The position numbers were made by a program, and so were the translations under genes. 64,000 nucleotides of DNA from Candidatus Levyibacteriota bacterium (GTDB lineage Bacteria > Patescibacteriota > Microgenomatia > Levybacterales > UBA12049), in the NCBI GenBank assembly GCA_043807135.1, contig JAZDGF010000003.1:72621-136620 (forward strand). The letters are read 5' to 3'. Shown here one piece after another: positions 47,285 to 56,032 of this stretch (the first letter of the stretch is position 1; each line of letters begins with the position of its first letter). The notes beneath the pieces were generated by a model. That model was not told the origin of the DNA and made no database searches. It saw nothing but the letters and a program-made list of their open reading frames with translations.

Positions 47285-49666
47285 TTAATTAATATTTACA
47301 ATAAGTTCGTTTTCCTTACCTACTGAAAGAGAAACTTTATTTCCTCTGTTTATTTCTCCTGATAAAATCTTTTTTGCAATATTATCTTCTATGCCATTTT
47401 GAATAAAACGTTTTAATGGTCTTGCTCCAAATTGCTCGTCAAATCCTTCGCTTGAAACTTTTTTAACAATATTTTCATCAAAACTAAGATTAACGTCTTT
47501 TTCGGCAATTCTTCTTACCAAATCTTCTAAAAGCATTTTTGAAATTAACATAACCTGTTCTAATCCTAATGGTTTAAATACAATTGTGTCATCAAATCTG
47601 TTTATAAGTTCTGGTTTAAATATTCCGTTTATCTGCAAAAACTCAAATAATCTTTCTTTAAATGCCTTATCTAAAACAATTGATTTTTTAACTTCTTCAC
47701 GAATGAACTCAGAGGCTGCATTTGAAGTTGCAATAATAATTGTATTTGCAAAAGAGACAGTTTTTCCTTTATTGTCAGTTAATCTTCCATCATCTAAAAC
47801 CTGAAGAAATAAATCGAGAATTCTTGGATGTGCTTTTTCAAATTCATCAAGCAAAACCAGAGAATATGGATTATCATAAACTTTATCCGTTAATTCTCCT
47901 TTTTCAGATCCTTCTCCAGGAAGAGCACCAAGAAGTCTTTTACCACTATCTTCCTGTGAGTACTCACTCATATCAAGTCTTATCATCCGTTCACTTGATC
48001 CATAATAACTTTCTGCTAAGGCTTTTGCAGTTTCTGTTTTCCCAACTCCGGTAGGACCCATGAATAAAAAGGAAATTGGCCTTCTTTGATCTGTCAGACC
48101 TGATCTAAGCCTTCTCATTGCTTCTGAAATTGCCACAACTGCCTCATCTTGATCAATAACTCTTTTATGAATTTGTTCCTCCAGATGTAGAAGCAATTGC
48201 TTTTCTTTTTCTTTTGGAATGCCTATCGCACTTTTTATCTTTCTTTCTAAGAAAGAGATAATATCTTCTTCTTCGAGTATATTTTTACCGTTTGCTAATG
48301 CAAAAGTTGAAGCATCTTCTAAGAGAACAATTGCAGAGCCAGGAAGAACCAAATTTCTATTGTATTTATCTGCATAATTTAAAGAGGCAAGAAGTCCTCT
48401 GTAGCTTATTTGAATATTCTTGCTTTTTTCCACATACCAAGCATTTCTAAAAAGCATCATAAGAGCAGTATTTTTATCAGGCACATCAAGCCTTATTGTT
48501 TGTAAGGCACCCATTAGCTCATGCCTTTGTTCAATTTGCTTTTTAAAAGCAACTGGAGTTGTAGTTGTAATTAATCTGATTACTCCTTTTTCAATATATG
48601 GGATGAGGGCAGAAGATAAATCTAACTTGTATGAAGAATTACCTAATATATTTTCAAAATCCTTAACTAAAATAATGATATCCCCTGCATGAGCAAGTTC
48701 CACAACCATTAATCCAAGTCTTTCTTCAAGCTCTCCTTGACTTTCTGCTCCTGCTAAAAAAGAATCTACCATTAATTGAAAAATTCTTTGGTGATAAAGA
48801 TTTCCTTTTAGTTTTCCAGAATAACTATCAAGAGCTAACTTTTGAATTAAAGAATCCTTGCCACTTCCCGGCTCACCAATAATAAGCACGCTTTTTTTCT
48901 CCATAAGTCCTTCTAGGAGCATTTTATATTCTTCATCTCTTCCAATTATTTCAGGGCTTCTTCTTAAGATTTCTGAAGTTAAATCAACCATATATTTTTT
49001 AATTTCAATTGTCCATCCGTAAACCCATGGTTCACCAACTCCCTCTCCCCAAAACTCCACTCTATTGTGTTTTGTTTTTTCAAGCTTATCAAAGCTCATT
49101 CTTGCCCAAATTAAAATTCTTAATAAATCATCTTCCTTAAGTTTATTTTTAAAAAGTAGTTTTGTTTTATCCTCTGTGTTTAAAAAGTAAGCTGCAAAAA
49201 CATCAACTTCTGTTACAAAATTTCCGTTTATTTTTTTTACCAAGTACATTGCTGTTTGCATAAGCTTTTCTTTGAAAACACTTTCTTTTACTAAATCCTC
49301 TTTTTTAATATCCATTTTAGTTAACATAAATTTCCCAATTTTTTGTTTTTTTAGTTTTTCTAAGATTTCACTTTCATGATCAAAACAAAGAACAATTGCT
49401 TCAAGAGTAAAGGAATTAAAAATATCTTCCTTATTTTCCAAAACTTTTACACTTGGAAACTTTCGATAGATTTTTCTCTTAAAGAAAATTTCAATAATTA
49501 AGAATAGGCAAAGGAAAAATAACGGAAATTTAATGTTGACTAGTTTTTGAGGAATAATTAAGAACTGATTAACTACTGCAATAATTAGAAGAGCAAATAT
49601 TAAAAACCTTATTAATTCTATAATTCTTGAGGAGTAAAAATAATAAAGCTTTGCGTAATTTTTCAT
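47285..49666 (-). CDS. Membrane-anchored Hsp100/Clp-family ATPase with two AAA+ modules; D1 degenerate, D2 canonical
   Basis: The 793-aa protein has two N-terminal TM helices, Clp_N-like repeats, D1 (GEPGSGKDS; ILVKDFENIL) and D2 (GPTGVGKTE; LVLLDEFEKAH; ATSN). Confidence 0.75.
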   Translation of the reverse strand: MKNYAKLYYFYSSRIIELIRFLIFALLIIAVVNQFLIIPQKLVNIKFPLFFLCLFLIIEIFFKRKIYRKFPSVKVLENKEDIFNSFTLEAIVLCFDHESEILEKLKKQKIGKFMLTKMDIKKEDLVKESVFKEKLMQTAMYLVKKINGNFVTEVDVFAAYFLNTEDKTKLLFKNKLKEDDLLRILIWARMSFDKLEKTKHNRVEFWGEGVGEPWVYGWTIEIKKYMVDLTSEILRRSPEIIGRDEEYKMLLEGLMEKKSVLIIGEPGSGKDSLIQKLALDSYSGKLKGNLYHQRIFQLMVDSFLAGAESQGELEERLGLMVVELAHAGDIIILVKDFENILGNSSYKLDLSSALIPYIEKGVIRLITTTTPVAFKKQIEQRHELMGALQTIRLDVPDKNTALMMLFRNAWYVEKSKNIQISYRGLLASLNYADKYNRNLVLPGSAIVLLEDASTFALANGKNILEEEDIISFLERKIKSAIGIPKEKEKQLLLHLEEQIHKRVIDQDEAVVAISEAMRRLRSGLTDQRRPISFLFMGPTGVGKTETAKALAESYYGSSERMIRLDMSEYSQEDSGKRLLGALPGEGSEKGELTDKVYDNPYSLVLLDEFEKAHPRILDLFLQVLDDGRLTDNKGKTVSFANTIIIATSNAASEFIREEVKKSIVLDKAFKERLFEFLQINGIFKPELINRFDDTIVFKPLGLEQVMLISKMLLEDLVRRIAEKDVNLSFDENIVKKVSSEGFDEQFGARPLKRFIQNGIEDNIAKKILSGEINRGNKVSLSVGKENELIVNIN

Positions 49667-49667
49667 A

Positions 49668-49997
49668 TTAAATAAAAATTAAATAAAATGTCAGTATTGG
49701 AAAAGCAATAAATAAAAGAATAAAGGAAAATTCAATAAGTAAAACTATTGCCATTAAAAATAAATCCGCGAGAATTACAAAGGTTTTAATAAAAATTCCC
49801 ATACCTATTGAAAAACCAACAAGTCCCTCTCTGTACTCATTTTTCCAAGGCTTAAAGTACGTTTTTACTAAAAGTGGAAGAGAAATAATACCCATTATTG
49901 TCTTATTTAGAGATATAAAAAAGGAAATAAGTAAAACAGGAGCTTCTATAAACCAAAAGCGTAATAGAATTAATGGCAGACTTAAATAAAAGAGCAT
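49668..49997 (-). CDS. Small polytopic membrane protein, coupled to the downstream Clp-like gene by a 1-nt gap
   Basis: The 109-aa protein has three to four hydrophobic helices. Confidence 0.45.
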   Translation of the reverse strand: MLFYLSLPLILLRFWFIEAPVLLISFFISLNKTIMGIISLPLLVKTYFKPWKNEYREGLVGFSIGMGIFIKTFVILADLFLMAIVLLIEFSFILLFIAFPILTFYLIFI

Positions 49998-50037
49998 AGT
50001 TTAAGTTTAGAAAGTTTTACGACTAAATGCAATTAAT

Positions 50038-51981
50038 TTAATTTATAGGTGTACATTTGAGGCTACAAATTTGAATACCATCTTCTCTTGAAGTACATGC
50101 AGGGTCAAAAACACAATTAGCCGTTTTATAAATGGTTGTAGTTGTGGTAGAAGTTCCTAAACCTCCTTCTCCAGGCAAACTACAATCAGAAGGACAATTT
50201 ACATTTGTTTCTCCTAATTCACAGGTTCCATTTCCACAAGTATTATTTCCTCCAGGCAAACTACAATCAGAAGGACAATTTACATTTGTTTCTCCTAATT
50301 CACAGGTTCCATTTCCACAAGTATTATCTCCTCCTCCGGGGTTTGCTCCTGGCGGAATTATAAAGCTAAAAATAAGACCAAAATTACTAGTATTAATATT
50401 AATAGGGTTCGAAGGGAAAACAATTGTCCCTGCTTTTGCGGAAATATTATAGCTACCAATAGGAAGAGAAGTAAATGCGTATTCACCGTTACTATTAGTT
50501 GTGATAGTGCCACTGTATGGACCCGACAAAGTAATTGTTGCTCCTTGAATACCTTGTTCTCCTGGATCAAAAGTATTATTACTGTTTTGATCTATAAAAA
50601 CTGCACCCGAAATAAAGGGCCTATTTTGAAGAGAAGGATCGCCTCCTCCTGGATTAGTCCCTCCCGTTGTAGTTGTTGTTGTCTGTGTTGTTGTTCCTCC
50701 ACAATATTTTGGCAAAACATTAGTTCTAATCCAATATTTTTCTACAGAGTCAAATATTGGTTGTGTTGCACAACCTACTGCACTCATCATAGTGTTTGCA
50801 TTACCACTTGCTACTAGGTTTGGGTTAGCAGGTTTTGGACAAGTTAATGGAGAAGAAGCATAATTATTTATATTACTACAGCCCTTGTATGATCCTTGCC
50901 CGCCTGCTGTTTGCCAAAAACTTTCTCCGCTTGGATTATTCGTACAATTACTTTTTATTCCCCCTTGTATTTGTCCATAGCCTAAGTTTGAAGAGACATA
51001 GCGATCATACAAGAGGCCTATTGCATGACCTAAAAATTCATGCGCTGCAACTACTCTGGTGGTATTAGTAATATTTCCTCCATTATTTGGGAAAACTGCA
51101 ACGTTTCCCCCAATTCCGCTTGTTACTCCAAGCGCACCCCCTGAAATTACCATATCAACTAAAACTATTACTTTTGAAGCATCCGGATAAGTAGATTTTG
51201 CTATTTGCATAATTCTAGTGCTACCCACACAATTAAGGCTTGCTTTACACCCTAAAGATTCTGAATTGTCAACTACTCTAAAATCAAAAATGCTTTGTGT
51301 GTTGTACGGATCAACTGAAAGATAAATTTGCTTAAAAGCATCTACATCTTGATGAAACTTATTAAAATCCGTATACCCATCACTTACAAATGCAACAACT
51401 AAAGGACTACATCCTTGTGTCTGGGCATGGGCTTTGGGTAAATTAAAAAAATTTAGAGAATTTTTTTTTACAGGGAGCTCAATTTTCAAGATATTCTCAC
51501 TATTCTCTTTAATAAGAATCTTTGTTCCTTTGTCTAAGTATGGAACATAAATAACCGTATCTAATTTATCAGGAATTTCAGGCTGAGAACTTCCCGAAGC
51601 AGGAGCATTTATAGACATATCATATAAAGGATCTGTTGTAATGTTTATTTTTGTTCTATAAAGCACTTCATCACCTGAAGAATACATCACTAACTCGTAT
51701 GGCGAAAAATCTGCACTTCTATTATCTTGTGATATTTTTTTATCAATAAGGGTTACTTCTTTTAAAACAAGCTCTCTTTTGTCCGTATTAAAAGTAAGTA
51801 TTACCTCCCATGTCTTATAATTTGGTTTTTGCTCTGTAGTTACTGTCTTTTTAGACATAAATAAAGCGATTGGAATTGAGAATAAAACAATTAGAATAAT
51901 TACAACAAAAATGATTTTTTTTGGAATTGATATCTTTTGAAAAAATGAATTAATTTTACTTAAAAATCCCTCGTTATTCAT
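50038..51981 (-). CDS. Secreted multidomain protein with an N-terminal anchor, an HEFLGH (HExxxH) zincin-like segment, a Cna-B/SdrD-B-type fold and two Cys-rich 27-aa repeats
   Basis: The 647-aa protein contains AAHEFLGHAIGLLYDRY, then SGAVFIDQNSNNTFDPGEQGIQGATITLSGPYSGTITTNSNGEYAF, then two copies of NTCGNGTCELGETNVNCPSDCSLPG. Confidence 0.55.
   Translation of the reverse strand: MNNEGFLSKINSFFQKISIPKKIIFVVIILIVLFSIPIALFMSKKTVTTEQKPNYKTWEVILTFNTDKRELVLKEVTLIDKKISQDNRSADFSPYELVMYSSGDEVLYRTKINITTDPLYDMSINAPASGSSQPEIPDKLDTVIYVPYLDKGTKILIKENSENILKIELPVKKNSLNFFNLPKAHAQTQGCSPLVVAFVSDGYTDFNKFHQDVDAFKQIYLSVDPYNTQSIFDFRVVDNSESLGCKASLNCVGSTRIMQIAKSTYPDASKVIVLVDMVISGGALGVTSGIGGNVAVFPNNGGNITNTTRVVAAHEFLGHAIGLLYDRYVSSNLGYGQIQGGIKSNCTNNPSGESFWQTAGGQGSYKGCSNINNYASSPLTCPKPANPNLVASGNANTMMSAVGCATQPIFDSVEKYWIRTNVLPKYCGGTTTQTTTTTTGGTNPGGGDPSLQNRPFISGAVFIDQNSNNTFDPGEQGIQGATITLSGPYSGTITTNSNGEYAFTSLPIGSYNISAKAGTIVFPSNPININTSNFGLIFSFIIPPGANPGGGDNTCGNGTCELGETNVNCPSDCSLPGGNNTCGNGTCELGETNVNCPSDCSLPGEGGLGTSTTTTTIYKTANCVFDPACTSREDGIQICSLKCTPIN
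50171..50332. repeat. Near-perfect 81-bp tandem direct repeat, two copies, inside the secreted-protein gene
   Basis: ccaggcaaactacaatcagaaggacaatttacatttgtttctcctaattcacaggttccatttccacaagtattat occurs twice with period 81. It is also visible as a repeated peptide in the opposite-strand ORF 50132-50452. Confidence 0.85.
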
Positions 51982-54626
51982 ACGGAATTATTATTTAACG
52001 GATTGGCATTAACAGCCATTGTTTGCCCCTCTCCTATAGTAGGAGTTGGTGGAATTGAGTCAGGTGGAACCGGAGGCACCTGATTTTGATCCTGAATAGC
52101 ACCGTTTATCGGATTCTGAACTGACTGTCCTGGCTGTTGAGCTTGTTGTTTTTGCACCTGCTCTCCTGGTTTTTGAATCGCCTTTGTAAAAACAAATTCT
52201 TCTTTTTGAGAATTGTAATCAATAAGAATTTTATCTCCTTGAACAAAAGTTTTTTTGATAAGGAAAAGAGCTATTGGATTCTCGATTGCCGTTTGAATTA
52301 ATCTTCTTAAAGGCCTTGCACCATATACAGGATCGTAGCCTTCTTCAGCAAGCCTTGCCAAAGCTGCTTCGCTTGCTTCAAGATCAACTCCTTGCATAAG
52401 TAATAATTTCTTAGTTGCATTTATTCCAAGCCTTGCCACTTGAGTCATATTTTTCTGACTTAAGGGTTCGAAAACAATTACTCCGTCAAACCTATTTAAA
52501 AGCTCAGGCCTAAAGAATTTTCTAAGCTCCCCCATTAAAATTTTTGTTAATTCTGCAAATTTCTCTTTTGCTTCTTCCAGTATTTTTTCAGGCTGTAGGA
52601 TTTGTGCATTTTTATCTTCTTTCGTAACCTTATCTTGCAATTGCTGTTGAATTAAAGCGCTACCAATATTTGAAGTTGCAATTATAATGGTGTTTTTAAA
52701 GGAAATCGTATTTCCTTTATTGTCGGTTAATCTTCCATCTTCTAATAACTGAAGCAAAATATTAAATACATCGGGATGAGCTTTTTCTACTTCATCTAAA
52801 AGAACTATTGAGTATGGTTTCGCTCTTACGGCTTCTGTTAATTGACCACCTTCTTCATAGCCAACATATCCAGGAGGAGCTCCAATAAGTTTTGCTACTT
52901 CGTGTTTTTCCATATATTCACTCATATCAAGCCTGATCATTGACTGTTCTTTTCCAAAAAGAACTTGGGCAAGAGTTTTAGCAAGTTCTGTTTTTCCAAC
53001 ACCAGTAGGACCAAGGAAAATAAAGGAAGCAATTGGTCTATTAACACTTGAGAGTCCGATTCTTCCTCTTCTTACAGCTTCCGCAACTAAACTTACTGCG
53101 TTTTCTTGATTAATCAGTCTTTTATGAATTGTTTCTTCTAGACGAAGCAGTTTTTCACTTTCGTTTTCGGTTAATTTAGTAATTGGTATTCCTGTCCAGT
53201 TGCTTACTACTTTTTCAATATCTTCTCTTTTTATTTCATTTCCTTGCCTTTTCCCGGCATTAAGCTCAAGTCTTACTTGTGCTGATGCTTCATCTAAAAG
53301 ATCTACTGCCTTATCAGGAAGATAACGCTCTCCAATATATCTTTTAGAAAGTTTTACAGATGCCTCTATTGCCTCAGGGGTAGCTTTTACTTTATGGAAT
53401 TCTTCATATCTTGGGACCAAAATCTTAATCATTTCAATTGCTGCTTTTTCGTCCGGTTCTTCAACTAAAACTGGCTGAAATCTTCTTTCAAAAGCTTTAT
53501 CTTTTTCAAAATACCTTCTGTATTCAACTGTAGTTGTGGTTCCAATTATTTGCAGTTGCCCACGTGCAAGGAATGGTTTTATGATATTTGATGCATCTAA
53601 AGCTCCTTCTGTATCTCCTGCTCCAATTATGCTGTGAATTTCATCAATAAATAAAATTACATTTCCTGCTGCTTGAGTTTCTTTAATTACTCCCCTTAAT
53701 CTTTCTTCAAATTCTCCTCTATGCGATGCACCTGCAACCAAAGATGAAAGATCAAGTTGAATAATTTTTTTTGCTTCAAGATCCTTGGGCGCTTTTCCAC
53801 CAACAATATCTTGAGCAAGACCTTCAACAATTGCTGTTTTACCAACTCCTGCCTCTCCGATAATAATAGGGTTATTTTTTGTTCTCCTTAAAAGAATGTG
53901 AGTAAGTCTTTCTACTTCTCTATCTCTTCCGGTTATAGGATCAAGATCTCCATTTTTAGCTTGCTCTGTAAGATTAATTCCGAATTGTTCAAGCGTTGAT
54001 TTTTTACCATATACAAAAGTAGAAGACTTAGATAATTGTTTTTCTATTTTTTCTTTATCAAGCCCTTGTGATTTCAAATAATCAGATACTGCCATGTTTT
54101 GAGAAAATAAAGAGACAAGTAAATCTTCCGGGCTTATAAATTCAACGCCTCTTGATTTAATAGTTGAATATGCCTGCTCAAAAACATGCTTGGAATTTTC
54201 AGAAAGCATAGGCTGTCCTTCAAAAGTTCCTGCTTGTTCTTTTGCCTGCAACTCCTTTGAAAGCTTGGCAACATCTACTGAAAATTTTGAAAGTAGGGCA
54301 AAAACTTCAGAGTCAAATAAAAGACCTAATAAAATTTGCTCAGGCTCTATTAATCCTTGTTTAATTCTTTTTGTTTCCTGCTGTGCTTGATTTAAAATTT
54401 GAGTGGTTCTAGAATCTAGATGAGAAAGAATTGATAAATCCTGTCTTTGTCCCGGCTGCATAGAAGAACTAACTATACCGTCCTGCTGAGGATTTGAAGG
54501 AGAAGAAGGAATGGGCGGTTGTTGCATGGGTGACTGCCCTAACGGTGGCATAACCGGCTGCTGAGATTGATCTTGCTTAATTTCGTTTTCTTCTTTTTTC
54601 TTTTGACTAAATAAATTTCCTAACAT
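51978..54626 (-). CDS. clpC: ClpC/ClpB-type Hsp100 ATPase with Gln/Pro-rich N- and C-terminal extensions
   Basis: The 882-aa protein has Clp_N repeats, D1 (GEAGVGKTA; ILFIDEIH), D2 (GPTGVGKTE; IVLLDEVEKAH) and no obvious ClpP-binding IGF loop. Confidence 0.85.
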   Translation of the reverse strand: MLGNLFSQKKKEENEIKQDQSQQPVMPPLGQSPMQQPPIPSSPSNPQQDGIVSSSMQPGQRQDLSILSHLDSRTTQILNQAQQETKRIKQGLIEPEQILLGLLFDSEVFALLSKFSVDVAKLSKELQAKEQAGTFEGQPMLSENSKHVFEQAYSTIKSRGVEFISPEDLLVSLFSQNMAVSDYLKSQGLDKEKIEKQLSKSSTFVYGKKSTLEQFGINLTEQAKNGDLDPITGRDREVERLTHILLRRTKNNPIIIGEAGVGKTAIVEGLAQDIVGGKAPKDLEAKKIIQLDLSSLVAGASHRGEFEERLRGVIKETQAAGNVILFIDEIHSIIGAGDTEGALDASNIIKPFLARGQLQIIGTTTTVEYRRYFEKDKAFERRFQPVLVEEPDEKAAIEMIKILVPRYEEFHKVKATPEAIEASVKLSKRYIGERYLPDKAVDLLDEASAQVRLELNAGKRQGNEIKREDIEKVVSNWTGIPITKLTENESEKLLRLEETIHKRLINQENAVSLVAEAVRRGRIGLSSVNRPIASFIFLGPTGVGKTELAKTLAQVLFGKEQSMIRLDMSEYMEKHEVAKLIGAPPGYVGYEEGGQLTEAVRAKPYSIVLLDEVEKAHPDVFNILLQLLEDGRLTDNKGNTISFKNTIIIATSNIGSALIQQQLQDKVTKEDKNAQILQPEKILEEAKEKFAELTKILMGELRKFFRPELLNRFDGVIVFEPLSQKNMTQVARLGINATKKLLLMQGVDLEASEAALARLAEEGYDPVYGARPLRRLIQTAIENPIALFLIKKTFVQGDKILIDYNSQKEEFVFTKAIQKPGEQVQKQQAQQPGQSVQNPINGAIQDQNQVPPVPPDSIPPTPTIGEGQTMAVNANPLNNNSV

Positions 54627-54631
54627 ATTTT

Positions 54632-55990
54632 TTATTGTGAACAGGTAAATGGATTATCTTTATTTGTTTTTACCATTCCGCCCCATTCAACTGCCGTAAA
54701 TCCTTTTCTTTGAGGCGTTACAATTACCGGTTCTTTTATATTAACTTTTTTATCTAATGCTTCAAAATATAATCTTACTCTAATAAACACATCAGGATTT
54801 GGATTAAAGAATATCGGCTCAATTTGATCAATATCATTTTTTGTCATAACTCCTACAAAATAGTATGGAGAAATAGGTAAAACTTTTTCCCAATATTCTT
54901 TAAATTCTTTACTTTCTTTTTCATTTAATCCCAATTTTGGCAAAAGTTTATCAAATAAAGACCCTAATTCATCTCTTTTGACTACATATCCTTTTTGAGG
55001 TTTTTTTACCAAATTATCAGGAATCTTTGATTCATAGTATAAATACGGATAAGTATTGTTTTCTAATGTAATTAGTCCTTTTTTATCTGCAAGGACTGTC
55101 CAACCTTCTTCTGGATAAGAAGGAATGGTTAAAGTTAATATTCCTTTTGTCTTTACTTTCACATTTACTTCCTCTTCTTTTTCAGGATACAGATAAATTG
55201 CTGGTTTACAGGCAGGAGTCCACCAAGAATACGATCTTGTTGTTACAAAAGTTACTTTCTTAAGCTGAAGAGATTTTTCTCCCTGAGCAGGAGGGGGAAT
55301 TGGCGTATCTACCCAAAGATACTCATAGATATTATCTCCATTTTTTAAATAAATAGTTCCCAGATGATAAAATAATGAATAATTAGTTTGTCCTACCTTT
55401 AATTTTCCAATTTCTTTTACTTCGCTAAGATTATTAAGAGAGCTAAAAACTGTAACATTCCCATTATGAACATAGCCAGGGGCAACCGATGGCTCTGTTA
55501 AGCCAATTATGTCTGTTTTATTAAATGAACTTGGAGGAAATGTATTCTCATCTCCTTCAACAATAGTAAGTTTTCCTCCTGTTGATTTGCAGTTTTTAAT
55601 ATAATCGGGGATTGCTGCTCCATCTTTTATATAAAGATCAAAAACATATGGAGATTCTAGAGTTGTATTTTTCAATTGGAAAACAATTATCGGATCTACT
55701 TTTTGACCAAAATAATTACTTGTCAGTGCGTAAAGATTATTTCCAAGCGAATTTAATTCTTTAAATTTATACTCTTCAATAATTTCTGCATCTTTTTTTA
55801 TTAAGTTATACTGAACTCCGTTATATGACACTGTTTGGGAAGTACTTGGTGGATCAAAATCAACACAAGAAGCTGTTGGAGAAACAGGTGTATAATTTTG
55901 ATTTTTATTTGGACTTATTGAAAACAAACCCGCCAAGGCTACCGCAGCAATTACTACAACCCCTAAAGTAAATATCACAAGCTTGTTCAT
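54632..55990 (-). CDS. Secreted/anchored hypothetical protein
   Basis: The 452-aa protein has an N-terminal signal anchor and no recognisable motif. Confidence 0.5.
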   Translation of the reverse strand: MNKLVIFTLGVVVIAAVALAGLFSISPNKNQNYTPVSPTASCVDFDPPSTSQTVSYNGVQYNLIKKDAEIIEEYKFKELNSLGNNLYALTSNYFGQKVDPIIVFQLKNTTLESPYVFDLYIKDGAAIPDYIKNCKSTGGKLTIVEGDENTFPPSSFNKTDIIGLTEPSVAPGYVHNGNVTVFSSLNNLSEVKEIGKLKVGQTNYSLFYHLGTIYLKNGDNIYEYLWVDTPIPPPAQGEKSLQLKKVTFVTTRSYSWWTPACKPAIYLYPEKEEEVNVKVKTKGILTLTIPSYPEEGWTVLADKKGLITLENNTYPYLYYESKIPDNLVKKPQKGYVVKRDELGSLFDKLLPKLGLNEKESKEFKEYWEKVLPISPYYFVGVMTKNDIDQIEPIFFNPNPDVFIRVRLYFEALDKKVNIKEPVIVTPQRKGFTAVEWGGMVKTNKDNPFTCSQ

Positions 55991-56032
55991 AAATTTATTG
56001 TAACACTATTTTTAAAATCAAGAAAAATCTTT

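Noticed and set aside
50132-50452. Plus-strand ORF with an internally repeated peptide (KLQSEGQFTFVSPNSQVPFPQVL, two copies)
   Set aside because: The repetition is just the antisense reading of the 81-bp tandem duplication in the minus-strand secreted-protein gene.
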